Shown: positions 17,594-28,037 of the stretch, piece by piece
Layout: each line of letters begins with the position of its first letter
Numbering within the stretch: the first letter of the stretch is position 1
Virus record (IMG/VR): IMGVR_UViG_3300014205_000213
Span: 1-64,000 of that record
Length of the DNA: 64,000 bases
Strand: one strand, 5' to 3'
Source of the DNA: a virus
Taxonomy: Duplodnaviria > Caudoviricetes
The notes under the pieces: model-generated
Database searches by the model: none
The model's input: only the letters and a program-made list of their open reading frames with translations
Told to the model about the DNA's origin: nothing
Position numbers and translations under genes: made by a program

Positions 17594-20433
17594 TATGCAT
17601 ATGATTTAACTTTTCTTCCTCTTCTTTCCAATATACCGTATAAATAATCATCCTTAATTTTAAACTCAACAACTCCCCCTTGCTCTAAATTATCTAACCT
17701 TCCTGGGGGTGTTACTCTTTCCCCAGAACTTAACAAAGCGGGGTATGTGTCATTAGGATACCCTGGAGGGACAACTCCCCCCTCTTTCATCTTCTGCGAA
17801 GAGATAATAGCAATCTGTGCTGCAGTTGCTGCGGTGGCAGTTGCTATTGCTACCCAAGTTGCAGGATTTAAAACAGAACCCTTAACATTAGCAATTAAAT
17901 TAGTAACAGCCAATGCTCCGTTGATCACTGCCTGAGCAATCGCCCACATTTTTTGCTTTTGCATATACTCCCGTTCAATCTTTTCCCTTCTCCTTGCATT
18001 ATTACCTGCCAAAGCAAGTTCCCTTTCCTTTGAAGCCTCAATTAAATTAGTCACTGTACTTATTGCCTCAGAAGCGGAACTTAGATAAGACTCAATATCT
18101 CGTAACCTTAATTCATTAATAGCTTTATTATATTTGAATGTAATTAAAGAAGTATCTCTACCTGTCTTCTCAGCAGAGGCAATATCCATTGCATATTTTT
18201 TATCAAGGTAATCCCGTTCAGACATTAATCCTTGTTCTTGCATGGATTGTAGACCTTTTAATATCCCCTCATATTGACCTACCAATGGAGACTTTACTCC
18301 TAACTGCTTTTCCATATCATAAAGCTCACTAAGAGCTCTGGTATATATCTGTATCTGTGAGGAAAGATTATCATAGCTATCACCAACCAAAGAATTCATG
18401 TAGGCTTGTTTAGCAAGTTCTGAATTTATATTTTTCTCAAATTCAGATTCAGGACCTCCTCTTGCCTTTTGCAATCTTGTATTTTTAAATAATCCCTCAA
18501 AATTAGTACCAACGCCTCCTTTAATTCTGTTGTTCTCTTGCCTTTCCAATTCTCTATTTATCTCCTGTAATTTTTCTGCGTATTCGTCCAAGGCTTTTTT
18601 GGATTTATTAATCTCCTCTTCTATTCTACTCCAACTATCCTCTTGCCCTCCAAGATCCATCTGAACTTGACTTAATAAAGCATTCTTCTCCCATTGCTTT
18701 CCCCACGCATCCATCGACTTTAGAATAGAATCATACTGTAATTTCAATTGTTTTTTCTTGGCTATTTCGGAATCTTGATATTTATCAAATTGTCTTTGAG
18801 CACCAAACAAATTATTAAACCAACCTTCTTGTTTTCTAGCACTTTCAGAACTAACAAGACGAGCTTGTGCTATTGCATACTGAGATTGAACAACTGTTTT
18901 CGCATAGGCTAATTCAGCAATGGTCATTGTATTAAAATCAGTCTCACTGGTATCCTTTAATTTTTTGATGGTTCCTTGTATTTCGACCAATGCTTTATTA
19001 AACACATCATTCGCACTTGCAGATTCGATAGCCTTCTTTCTAAAATGTACAAGTGCACCAACAATTGCAACAACTCCTGTGGCAACGGCTATCCAAGGAT
19101 TACTAATCATAGCTACTCTTAACCAGGTAAAAGCTTCTGCTAATCCAAGAACTACTTTAACTGCCATATTTATTCCACTCAAGAAAACACTGAACAACAA
19201 GGATACCGGACCTAATGCAGCTGCAAGTGCAAGTACAGAAATCCCTGTTCTCTTGGTAGACTCATCTAACGAGTTAAACCAAGTTACCATATTGTTAAAT
19301 CTCTTAACCAAATTTTCGATAATAGGAAGAACAGCAGTAGATATAGAAGAACCAAAACTTATCATCCCTGCCTTAAGTGAAGACATCGCTGAATTCATCC
19401 TAAACTTAACCGTTGTTGACGCAATGGCAAATGCCTCATCCAAATCATCAGTAGAGTTCTTCATTCTATCCATGATCCCCTGGTTATATTCCATATTCTT
19501 ACCCATAAGAGATAAGAAGGCCAACATACCTCGAATATTTGGAATAGCCTTACCTAATGACTCTATACCCCATTCATCCGTTAATTCCTTTAGTCGACTT
19601 AATGCCATCATCAAACCATTAGGCTGTCGTATTAAATTCCTTAACTCTGCAGAGGAAGATCCCATTTTCTTCAACATCTTTTCACTCATAGCAGAGGGGT
19701 GTATCATTTTTTGTAGCATATTTCGTAAATATGTTGCAGCATTTGCTGCACTCGCACCAGTTAAGGTTATGGCGGCCATACCCCCAACAACCTGGTCAAG
19801 GGAAAGCCCTAACTTAGAAGATATTGGGATGATAGAACCTAATGCGGTAGCAAAACCCTCTGCTTCGGCTTTTCCTTCCCTTACTCCTGCTACTAAGTAA
19901 TTACCCACATTTGCCGCGGTAAGACCTGTCCCCCTATAAGCATTAAGAGCAGAGGTGACTAAATCAGCTATCTTTTGTGTTTCTCCTAATCCTGCTGATG
20001 CCGCCTTGGCAGAAATTGCTAAAACATTCATTGCTTCAGCACCAGCAATACCTGACGAAGTTATATAGTATAAAGCTTCTGCCAACTCCTGGGGAGGTCT
20101 TGCCAAATCCCCTCCCATCTTTAAAACTTCACTTGTCCAATTTTTTACCTCCTCGGCAGAAGAATTTGTCAATGCTTGAATCTTCTTCATTGTAAATTCA
20201 TACTCTTGAAAAGCAGAGAAGACTGACTTCCCAAACATAATAAAAGGGGCTGTAAGAACAGTGGTTGCTAACCAACCAAACATTCTTAAGGACATGCTTA
20301 ATTGTTTTAATGATCCATTTAGATCATTTACAACTCTCATGCTATTCTTTCCAAACCTAGCCATGGCTACTTCGCCACTATACAACCCTGTTGCGTCTAT
20401 ACCTAACGATACAACCAATGTTCCTATATTCAT
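17593..20433 (-). CDS. tape measure protein (TP901-family core)
   Basis: 946 aa, Ala/Gly-rich helical repeats, central hydrophobic segment, follows the chaperone pair. Confidence 0.92.
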   Translation of the reverse strand: MNIGTLVVSLGIDATGLYSGEVAMARFGKNSMRVVNDLNGSLKQLSMSLRMFGWLATTVLTAPFIMFGKSVFSAFQEYEFTMKKIQALTNSSAEEVKNWTSEVLKMGGDLARPPQELAEALYYITSSGIAGAEAMNVLAISAKAASAGLGETQKIADLVTSALNAYRGTGLTAANVGNYLVAGVREGKAEAEGFATALGSIIPISSKLGLSLDQVVGGMAAITLTGASAANAATYLRNMLQKMIHPSAMSEKMLKKMGSSSAELRNLIRQPNGLMMALSRLKELTDEWGIESLGKAIPNIRGMLAFLSLMGKNMEYNQGIMDRMKNSTDDLDEAFAIASTTVKFRMNSAMSSLKAGMISFGSSISTAVLPIIENLVKRFNNMVTWFNSLDESTKRTGISVLALAAALGPVSLLFSVFLSGINMAVKVVLGLAEAFTWLRVAMISNPWIAVATGVVAIVGALVHFRKKAIESASANDVFNKALVEIQGTIKKLKDTSETDFNTMTIAELAYAKTVVQSQYAIAQARLVSSESARKQEGWFNNLFGAQRQFDKYQDSEIAKKKQLKLQYDSILKSMDAWGKQWEKNALLSQVQMDLGGQEDSWSRIEEEINKSKKALDEYAEKLQEINRELERQENNRIKGGVGTNFEGLFKNTRLQKARGGPESEFEKNINSELAKQAYMNSLVGDSYDNLSSQIQIYTRALSELYDMEKQLGVKSPLVGQYEGILKGLQSMQEQGLMSERDYLDKKYAMDIASAEKTGRDTSLITFKYNKAINELRLRDIESYLSSASEAISTVTNLIEASKERELALAGNNARRREKIEREYMQKQKMWAIAQAVINGALAVTNLIANVKGSVLNPATWVAIATATAATAAQIAIISSQKMKEGGVVPPGYPNDTYPALLSSGERVTPPGRLDNLEQGGVVEFKIKDDYLYGILERRGRKVKSYA

Positions 20434-20870
20434 AGCCCTGATGTATATTTGTTCTGTTGTCTAAATCTCTTGGGAGGGCGTTTATCAAAATCTTTTAGCC
20501 CTTCCTTTTTTTGTACTGATCTATTCTGAGCATCTGCTATTCCAAGAAGTATTTGTTTCATATCTTCAACACTTTGCTGTTTAGGCTCATTTAACTTCTC
20601 CAAATCCCAATCAATCATAAAGTCAACTGGTGTGGTAAATTTTGAACCTTTTTTGCCATGTGTGCTTATTGTTAAGTTTGTTAGTAATGAACACAAATAA
20701 GCCAACCTAAAATTACCTGTCCACTCACCTATCGGATCTAATCGATCCATTGCCTCCCACTCACTTAATTGAGCTGATGTTAATTGCTCTAACAGGTAAT
20801 CAGGATGGGGATACTTTAATTCTCTGCAGAGTCGGAAGTAGAATTGCCGGGCTGGCCGGCTTCGAAGTTT
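20430..20870 (-). CDS. tail assembly chaperone, frameshifted (gpT-like) part
   Basis: Frame stays open upstream of the ATG at 20750 to the slippery site: KLRSRPARQFYFRLCRELKYPHPDYLLEQLTSAQLSEWEAM. Confidence 0.75.
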   Translation of the reverse strand, partial: KLRSRPARQFYFRLCRELKYPHPDYLLEQLTSAQLSEWEAMDRLDPIGEWTGNFRLAYLCSLLTNLTISTHGKKGSKFTTPVDFMIDWDLEKLNEPKQQSVEDMKQILLGIADAQNRSVQKKEGLKDFDKRPPKRFRQQNKYTSGL

Positions 20871-21244
20871 TTTACCAATGCCTCCTTGTCCTCTTCAGAT
20901 ATTGCGTTTAACTCCTGTGCTTTGTTAATTATTGTCTCCAATGTCTTTGCGCTCATATTTGCAGCAAGTGTTGGATAGTCCCCCGGTTGTAATATTCTAT
21001 TCCCTTCCTCATCACAAATCGTAAGTACAGCCAATTTAGCACGGAAGTCGTCCAGTATTGTTTCCACACTGATAACATTCCCTTTCTTGTCCCTGTTTTT
21101 TCTTAGCATAGACTGCTCAAAAATATCACGTTCTTTTCCAGTCATCTGGCGAACGTAAATAAAGTCTCCATTTTCAAATTCCACTTTGACTATTTCAAGT
21201 TTTTCCTTAGCCAAAAGTGCTTCTCTGTTAAGTAAATTTCCCAT
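20816..21244 (-). CDS. tail assembly chaperone (gpG-like)
   Basis: Between the tail tube and tape measure genes; ends just past a slippery heptamer. Confidence 0.8.
   Translation of the reverse strand: MGNLLNREALLAKEKLEIVKVEFENGDFIYVRQMTGKERDIFEQSMLRKNRDKKGNVISVETILDDFRAKLAVLTICDEEGNRILQPGDYPTLAANMSAKTLETIINKAQELNAISEEDKEALVKNFEAGQPGNSTSDSAEN
20846..20873 (-). promoter_or_regulatory. programmed -1 frameshift signal
   Basis: A AAA AAC at 20873-20867, 6-nt spacer, then hairpin GCCGG-CCAGC-CCGGC. Confidence 0.75.
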
Positions 21245-21306
21245 GATTAGTAAATTTTAAATTGATAAATAATAAAAATAAAAAACCTTGATTAGGTTGA
21301 AAGGTT

Positions 21307-21744
21307 CTACATCCCTAATGCAGCACTTGCGCCTGAATCAGTTTCAACAGAACCACTTACCTGAATTGTAACATCCGCTGTGATCTTATCATCAGTTGGA
21401 ATATTTAAAGGCAATTCAGTGACCAGACCTTCAAACTCCACGGTAGTGGTTTCTGCGTCCGGTAGAACAATCCGATAATTACCAAGTGCGTTGCTTTCAA
21501 AGTCTGTCTTAAACAAGTCGTAAGTCTGACGTGTAAAATTCATTGAAAGCTGAACAGTACCTGGATTACGAAATCCTCCTTTGAACTCTCGATATCCTCC
21601 CGTACTATCCAGGGATGTTACATCAATTGTATCCCTTGACATACCAGGACCGGTAATCGAGTTTATTTCAGCAATGGCAGCCCATGCGCTACCAGTCCAT
21701 CTCTGAAATATTGTTCCTACTCCTGCTACAGCATTACTTGCCAT
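21307..21744 (-). CDS. major tail tube protein
   Basis: GPGMSRDTIDVTSLDSTGGYREF; start at 21744 preceded by AGGAGGT. Confidence 0.85.
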   Translation of the reverse strand: MASNAVAGVGTIFQRWTGSAWAAIAEINSITGPGMSRDTIDVTSLDSTGGYREFKGGFRNPGTVQLSMNFTRQTYDLFKTDFESNALGNYRIVLPDAETTTVEFEGLVTELPLNIPTDDKITADVTIQVSGSVETDSGASAALGM

Positions 21745-21748
21745 AATT

Positions 21749-22150
21749 TTACCTCCTTTGTAAATTAAAGTTAATAACAAATCGAGCACGATTGTGATCA
21801 TCATAATCCAGAAGTGCGGGGCCACTGGAACATTTGATCATCGTGTATAAAGTGCTATTCCATGTCTCATTTGCCCGGCCATGGAGAGCATCCTTTATTG
21901 CATTAGCCATATTCCAACCATTAACATAACTTAAATCCCGTACCCTTATATAAACGGCAGGATATTCGTAACCCACCGTTGTTAACCCCATATAAGGAGG
22001 AAACCCTGCCGTGTCAAATATTGTAACACAGTTGTCCGGTTCAGCTGGCTCATGTCCTATAAATAAATTGTCAGCAAACTCAACATCAAGTCCTGAGGAC
22101 TCTCCGAAGGCTTCTAACATATCTTTAATATCAATACTTGGTGCATTCAT
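21749..22150 (-). CDS. tail terminator-like protein
   Basis: Position before the tail tube gene, size, C-terminal RFVINF. Confidence 0.65.
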   Translation of the reverse strand: MNAPSIDIKDMLEAFGESSGLDVEFADNLFIGHEPAEPDNCVTIFDTAGFPPYMGLTTVGYEYPAVYIRVRDLSYVNGWNMANAIKDALHGRANETWNSTLYTMIKCSSGPALLDYDDHNRARFVINFNLQRR

Positions 22151-22647
22151 TTTACCCTTGCGTTTTCTGCAACAATTTTTACAATCATTCCTATACTATT
22201 TGATAAATGCGTTTGTAGCCATTTTGGACCTGTATCATTTTCAAAATTAGCTCCAACCATCTCGTGTACCCAAAAGGCATAATTTGCACCATACCCAAAA
22301 ATTATAAATTTTTTACCAAGTCCCCCCAACTTCCTTGCTTCTGCCTGTGCCTCCCACACGGCTCCTTGATAACTGGAAGAGATTGACTGTGCATTAGGAC
22401 CTACAAAAGATCTATCCATCATTGCTTCCTCTCCCCCTTGAACGGCTCCACTTGCTGTTACAACAAACCAACTTGCTTTCAAGTTACCTAAATCCCTTGG
22501 TACTTTTGGAAAGGACTTCTCCGTCTTTCTACGTACATATCCAGCACCTTTGATAAGGCCTTGAACAGATCTTCCTTCTATCTGCTCAATCTCTCTATTG
22601 AGTCGGGTTAACACAATGTTAAGCCCTTTTATTTCAGTACCCCACAT
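22147..22647 (-). CDS. HK97 gp10-like neck/tail completion protein
   Basis: VPRDLGNLKAS, GYGANYAFWVHE, GPKWL. Confidence 0.7.
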   Translation of the reverse strand: MWGTEIKGLNIVLTRLNREIEQIEGRSVQGLIKGAGYVRRKTEKSFPKVPRDLGNLKASWFVVTASGAVQGGEEAMMDRSFVGPNAQSISSSYQGAVWEAQAEARKLGGLGKKFIIFGYGANYAFWVHEMVGANFENDTGPKWLQTHLSNSIGMIVKIVAENARVK

Positions 22648-22657
22648 ATCATTAAAT

Positions 22658-23035
22658 TTAAGTAAGCCAAGGAGTCAAAAACGCCTTACGTAAAAATTCT
22701 GTTGTTGATCCCAATGCTGGTGTTTTTTCAAACCTTTTTATAATTGCTACAGTATCTACTGTTCTTGGATTTGCTTTTTGTGTTGTAGTCAAATCTGTCA
22801 GGCTTCCTAAATAAAGTAATCCATCCTCATCTAGATCCTGTGTCACAACAACCTCTGCCCTGGAAATAATTGCTGCCCCGTCGGAGTTTGATAATATTTG
22901 CGTTCTATTTTGCCAACGGCAATCAATTTCAACAGGGGTATCAAACGTGAAGTGCCCAAATCCATCATTCGTTGGATTCGCCCAGTAAACAGCAGTCTGG
23001 GAACATCTTGATTGTATAAAACTTTGTATGCTCAT
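22658..23035 (-). CDS. head closure/stopper protein
   Basis: Position and size; FDTPVEIDCRW. Confidence 0.6.
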   Translation of the reverse strand: MSIQSFIQSRCSQTAVYWANPTNDGFGHFTFDTPVEIDCRWQNRTQILSNSDGAAIISRAEVVVTQDLDEDGLLYLGSLTDLTTTQKANPRTVDTVAIIKRFEKTPALGSTTEFLRKAFLTPWLT

Positions 23036-23038
23036 ATC

Positions 23039-23419
23039 TTATTCATCAAAACTTATTATTGCTCTCATTTTCACTGTGCCCTTGCCAAGTTTTGCCATCT
23101 TACCAGAGACATCCATTGCTAGAACTGCTTGTCCGTAAGAAGTTGATTCCAATTTCTTCCCCCAGGTTCCTGTGTACTTTATACGTGCATCCTGTATTTC
23201 TTCCTGAGCCGCTTGTCTCTGTGGTCCACTTGCAATAAGGTGTGCTGTAAACCACTTTTCTATCTGCTCCAGTAGAGTATCTCCTGTGGTAGTATCACCA
23301 GAGAATACTTGATCCACTACAGCACTTGCTGCAACAATTATGGCATCAATCACATCGTCTTCTACGGTACAATTATCCATAATTAATCGAACATCGTCTG
23401 CATTAGTTCTTATTGCCAT
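23039..23419 (-). CDS. head-tail adaptor protein
   Basis: IEKWFTAHLIA, STSYGQAVLAMD; SD AGGAG upstream. Confidence 0.7.
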   Translation of the reverse strand: MAIRTNADDVRLIMDNCTVEDDVIDAIIVAASAVVDQVFSGDTTTGDTLLEQIEKWFTAHLIASGPQRQAAQEEIQDARIKYTGTWGKKLESTSYGQAVLAMDVSGKMAKLGKGTVKMRAIISFDE

Positions 23420-24137
23420 TTTGTTCTCCTTTCCTTTTTAATCTACTATTCCACAAAAGCGTATTTATATATATCAGGGCCTCCTCTTTCCATGTTAGCC
23501 CTAACCAATCACACAATTCATATAATTGTCGGTAATCCCCATCAACCATTCTTTCAGGCCAAATTACCTTACAATTAAGTCCCGACGAAATCATTCTAAC
23601 TATTTTCTTTTCATACTCATGAACCCACCATAACCAACCCTCCCTCTCATTTTTTGCTCCTACAGCCTGTTGATTCACTTCATTCTTAAATGCCTTCATA
23701 AACCCAGTCTTAATACAGGAGTCAATCACGTCTCCCGTCCTACGACGTACAATAACCCACTTAGCATCAGGATAATTCATACTCCATATAGGCCAAATTA
23801 AAGCACTCCTTGCGTCCTTATACAACCAAGGACCTTTCTTATATCCCTCTGAAAGTAATATGTTCTCAACCTTTTCTTTCCAACCATCAGGAAAATACAA
23901 ATAATTCTTACGGTCTGTCAACGGATACTGTCCCATTACATCTAATCCACAATCTGAAAGATATGTTTTGACAAGATCTTCTCTTATCCTTACATTTTCA
24001 AACATACCCCGCTTTGCATTCTGATTCCCACCAACCATTGTGCCCCCAAAGGCACCACACATATTAATTGTAGCAGCAATCATACTTGCACCACTTCTGG
24101 GACACCCTGTAATTAATATTGGAGAATGTGTTATCAT
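23403..24137 (-). CDS. sulfotransferase-family protein
   Basis: ILITGCPRSGASM resembles the PAPS-binding 5'-PSB loop; KDAR and VIVRRR motifs. Confidence 0.75.
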   Translation of the reverse strand: MITHSPILITGCPRSGASMIAATINMCGAFGGTMVGGNQNAKRGMFENVRIREDLVKTYLSDCGLDVMGQYPLTDRKNYLYFPDGWKEKVENILLSEGYKKGPWLYKDARSALIWPIWSMNYPDAKWVIVRRRTGDVIDSCIKTGFMKAFKNEVNQQAVGAKNEREGWLWWVHEYEKKIVRMISSGLNCKVIWPERMVDGDYRQLYELCDWLGLTWKEEALIYINTLLWNSRLKRKGEQNGNKN

Positions 24138-25420
24138 TCCATATATCTTTTTCGTACTTCTTCTCTTTCTTTGTCCTTTTGTTCTTTTGCAACGGTCCTC
24201 ACCTTTTGAAGAGGATGCCTCCTATATATTGCCAAAACATTTGGACAGTAACCTATTTTAAATCCAGCTTTCAAACATCTTAAATGAAATTCAAATTCTT
24301 CTGCAGTGTTTAGTGTTTCGTCAAAACCTCCGATCTTTGTAAATATCTCCCTTCTATACATTGTTGTTGCGCTGTGAATAACATTCTTGCTTAAAAGATC
24401 CTGTAAGGTAGGGATAAGTATATTAGGGGATTTCCTAACACGTCTTTGCTCACCCTCTTTCGCCTCAATAGCATCTCCGTGAATAAAGTCAACATTTTGC
24501 TCTTCAATGGCTTTTACGGAGTCAGTAATACAATTTGGAGTAAGCATATCATCCTCATGTAAATATCGTATGTATTTCCCCTCCGCTTGACTTAACACCT
24601 TATTAAAATTTGCTGGCCAATTTCCTCCCCCTTGACTTACAAGTAATTGAACATCTTTAGGAACACTTGCAATTGCATCCTTTAACCACCCTCTGTCCAC
24701 TTTGTATGGAATGATTACAGTTACTTCTGCCTTTTTTCTTCTCTCCGGGAACTCTTCTTCAACATACCTTTTTACCCAATCTACAGTCATTGACGCTTCA
24801 ACAACGGTAAAAATACGGGGTTTCCCATGAAAGCATACCAGGTTAGCATCGGCAGGTAATTGTGTTAATATAATACCAGGCTTTGGTTTGAAATCATAAA
24901 TGGTTGTTGTTAACTTTTGCCAATACGTATCTGGCTGACATATTGACCTTATATAGTAATCCATCCTCCATCCAAGTGGACCCTTAAACGAATCCCAAAC
25001 TTTATTTGTCTTATCACAATTTTTGGGGAACCAAACTAATCCAGTAGCCAATTGATCCCTTTGCCAAAAATCCTCAAGTGTTATGAATTGGGAATCATCT
25101 CGAATTAAATTAAATATATTTTCCAATGACCGAATAACAGCAGTATCCAAATCAACATATAAAAAAGGTTTGTACTGTTCCATTTCCGGACTGTACAATT
25201 GAATACGAGACCACGTCCCTGGTTCTTTATTTGTTAATGGAATAAATTCAATGTTTCCTAAATCATAAGATTCAGTAACCTTATCCCAAAGACAAATAAT
25301 ACGAGGACGCAGATCTGATTGCCATTTACCATTAATATGATTTGCAATCAATTCTACATCACGGAATTTAAAATCACCTCCGCTCCGTAATACCAAGACT
25401 ATTGTTTTTCTATCTTCCAT
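24134..25420 (-). CDS. two-domain glycosyltransferase (GT-A/GT8-like plus GT2)
   Basis: N-domain LYVDLD and VCFHGKPR; C-domain VTVIIP, YLHEDD, IGGFDETLNTAEEFEF. Confidence 0.8.
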   Translation of the reverse strand: MEDRKTIVLVLRSGGDFKFRDVELIANHINGKWQSDLRPRIICLWDKVTESYDLGNIEFIPLTNKEPGTWSRIQLYSPEMEQYKPFLYVDLDTAVIRSLENIFNLIRDDSQFITLEDFWQRDQLATGLVWFPKNCDKTNKVWDSFKGPLGWRMDYYIRSICQPDTYWQKLTTTIYDFKPKPGIILTQLPADANLVCFHGKPRIFTVVEASMTVDWVKRYVEEEFPERRKKAEVTVIIPYKVDRGWLKDAIASVPKDVQLLVSQGGGNWPANFNKVLSQAEGKYIRYLHEDDMLTPNCITDSVKAIEEQNVDFIHGDAIEAKEGEQRRVRKSPNILIPTLQDLLSKNVIHSATTMYRREIFTKIGGFDETLNTAEEFEFHLRCLKAGFKIGYCPNVLAIYRRHPLQKVRTVAKEQKDKEREEVRKRYME

Positions 25421-26372
25421 GAGCTTTCTTATCTATCCAATCATAGGTAACAATCAATCCTTCTTGTAATGAACGAGTAGGAGCCCAATGTAACTTCTCT
25501 CGAATAAGTTTATTATCTGAACAGCGCCCTCTAACACCAAGAGGTCCTTTTATGTGTTTTATGGTTAATGCCTTGTCTGAAATATTCATAATCATTCGTG
25601 CCAAGGAATTAATTGTAATCATTTCCTCTGATCCAATATTAATAGGTTCCAAATAATCTGAATCCATTAATTTTCTGACACCGAGTAAACACTCATCAAT
25701 GAATAAGAATGAACGAGTCTGTTCTCCATCCCCCCAAACTTCAATCTCTTCGCCATTCTTAGCCATAGCAACTTTCCTACATAATGCTGCCGGAGCCTTC
25801 TCTCTACCATCGTTCCAAGCACCTTCAGGACCAAACACATTATGAAATCTTGCTATTCTCATATCTAATCCGTAATTCCGATGGAAGGATAAATACATTC
25901 TTTCACTGAACAACTTCTCCCAACCATACTCACTATCAGGATTTGCCGGGTATGCCGAATGCTCTGCACAATTCGGATTATTTGGATCCATTTGATTGTG
26001 TTCAGGGTACATACAAGCAGAACTGGAATAAAATATCTTTCCAGCCCCAACCTCAACAGCCCTTCTTGCCACATGAAGATTTATAAGAGCATCGTTACTT
26101 ATTATGTCGGCGTCATGTTCTCCGGTAAAGATGTATCCAGCTCCTCCCATATCTGCAGCAAGTTGATACACTTCGTCAAACCCCCTATTAAAAACATAAT
26201 CCACATTATTTACATATCGTAAATCTTTCAAATAAAAGTCATCGGCTGCTGTTCTGGAAAACTCGGGACTTTTTAAATCCACTCCACGAACCCAATATCC
26301 TTCTTCTTTTAATTGCCGAACAAGATGAGATCCTATAAAACCTCCTGCTCCAAGTACCAATGCTGTTTTCAT
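25410..26372 (-). CDS. GDP-mannose 3,5-epimerase-like NAD-dependent epimerase
   Basis: GAGGFIG, QLAADMGGAGYIF, YSSSACMYP, YGWEKLFSE, GREKAPAALCRK. Confidence 0.85.
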   Translation of the reverse strand: MKTALVLGAGGFIGSHLVRQLKEEGYWVRGVDLKSPEFSRTAADDFYLKDLRYVNNVDYVFNRGFDEVYQLAADMGGAGYIFTGEHDADIISNDALINLHVARRAVEVGAGKIFYSSSACMYPEHNQMDPNNPNCAEHSAYPANPDSEYGWEKLFSERMYLSFHRNYGLDMRIARFHNVFGPEGAWNDGREKAPAALCRKVAMAKNGEEIEVWGDGEQTRSFLFIDECLLGVRKLMDSDYLEPINIGSEEMITINSLARMIMNISDKALTIKHIKGPLGVRGRCSDNKLIREKLHWAPTRSLQEGLIVTYDWIDKKAHGR

Positions 26373-26384
26373 AATGTATTTATT

Positions 26385-28037
26385 TCATTGTTCATAACAA
26401 CTTTTTATTTTATTTTTCCAATATTCAAATGATAACTCCTGTCTGCCCCATGGGATCTTTGAAATCCTTTCATATTCCTTATTTAAAAAATCTTCCGTAA
26501 TCTCTTCCCAATTATTAACAAAACAAATTGGAAGATGTTCAAAAAAGGAAGTGAATACACTTCTCTTCATAACAGGAATACAACCAATATATAAGCATTC
26601 CCAGGTACGATGTGTATCTATTCCATTGCCCTCTGGACATGCCATAAATTTATGAATTCCCATTTCTTTAAATGAAGTGGTAAAACTCTTATTACCATTT
26701 TTTCCATTCTTAACAGTTGCCCAATCTTTATCAACAAACAATTGATTTATTTGATTCCTTTCCCCTGGATTGGTGTCTACATTATGATTTACTAAAAGTA
26801 ATTTACTTTTAGAGGAAGGATGGCTCATCATAAATTCTATTATCTTCCTTTTATCCCAACTTTCCTTCCACATATCATTTTCCAGTCCGATTGGAATAGG
26901 CTCAATCTTTGGATGCTTTACATCTACATTCATCACAAATAACTTTCGAACATTGTCGGGGATACTATATTCCTCTTCTTCTCTTAATTTTCTATTTCCA
27001 TTGTACCAACGTATCTTACCATCTCCAAAATGGTGATCCCCATTATGTGCAATAATTATAAATTCATTAGGTAAGTACTCCACAATCTTCAACAATTTAC
27101 CAACATACATAACATTCGTATATACAATATTGACTGGTTTAAGATCACAAGGATCAAATGAATTTTCATATTTTAAATAATCATCGGGGCATTTGGTCCT
27201 AGGAGAATATATAGAATGAGCCAACTCTGCAAATTTATCACCTTGAACCCAATCCACCCCCGCATTCTTATTAATCCAAGATACCTCCCAATAATGAATT
27301 GCATAGGAGTCTTCCTTAATATACTTTCTTCCATCTTCCATCTTATGCCCTTTATAATTTGGAAAAGGGTAAAAATAATCTGCGGGAGGGAAAGCCAACA
27401 CACCAGGTGTATATTGTTGAATAACTTTAAAAAATGTATCTGTAAAGAAGTATGCACCTGTTGTTGCTAAGGCTCTATTCTTTATCAAGTCCCTTACTGT
27501 TATTGTACTCACCCCTTCCACAATCTTACTCATAATAGGATTGTTTGGAGTACATCCAATTAATCCAGGATACAATTCAACCTTTGTTGGGTATCCCACA
27601 CTAATAAAGAAATTGAGGTATTCAAAATCACTAAATGATCTTAAACATTCAAAATCCGTATCAGCATAAATCCCTCCAAATCTATTAAGAATATTATATC
27701 GCATTATGTCAGATCGTACTCCGTAATTAGTAATGCGTTCAAAGTTATGCATATTTGACATCTTCAAACCAGGAATGTCTTTATCCGTCCATAATCTATA
27801 TTCATAATTGGGATTAAATTTTTTCCAAGATTTTGTCCATTCCTTATACTTCTCAGGTAAAGGACTTCCTAACCATATTTGATGAATTATTTTTGGAATC
27901 CCTTCTTCTTTTGTAGAACAAGACACCCAATTCTTATTGTATAACTCTTCCAATAACTTCCAACGCCAATCCGATGAAAACACATTTTCATCAAATTCGA
28001 GAACACGACTCATCAATATATTAAATGTCTCCTTCAT
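26385..28037 (-). CDS. two-domain glycosyltransferase (GT32/OCH1-like plus exostosin/GT47-like)
   Basis: IPKIIHQIWLG, RSDIMRY, GGIYADTD; C-terminal KFMACPEGNGIDTHRTWECLYIGCIPV. Confidence 0.8.
   Translation of the reverse strand: MKETFNILMSRVLEFDENVFSSDWRWKLLEELYNKNWVSCSTKEEGIPKIIHQIWLGSPLPEKYKEWTKSWKKFNPNYEYRLWTDKDIPGLKMSNMHNFERITNYGVRSDIMRYNILNRFGGIYADTDFECLRSFSDFEYLNFFISVGYPTKVELYPGLIGCTPNNPIMSKIVEGVSTITVRDLIKNRALATTGAYFFTDTFFKVIQQYTPGVLAFPPADYFYPFPNYKGHKMEDGRKYIKEDSYAIHYWEVSWINKNAGVDWVQGDKFAELAHSIYSPRTKCPDDYLKYENSFDPCDLKPVNIVYTNVMYVGKLLKIVEYLPNEFIIIAHNGDHHFGDGKIRWYNGNRKLREEEEYSIPDNVRKLFVMNVDVKHPKIEPIPIGLENDMWKESWDKRKIIEFMMSHPSSKSKLLLVNHNVDTNPGERNQINQLFVDKDWATVKNGKNGNKSFTTSFKEMGIHKFMACPEGNGIDTHRTWECLYIGCIPVMKRSVFTSFFEHLPICFVNNWEEITEDFLNKEYERISKIPWGRQELSFEYWKNKIKSCYEQ

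Noticed and set aside
18920-19900. 326-aa + strand ORF
   Set aside because: Antisense shadow of the tape measure gene
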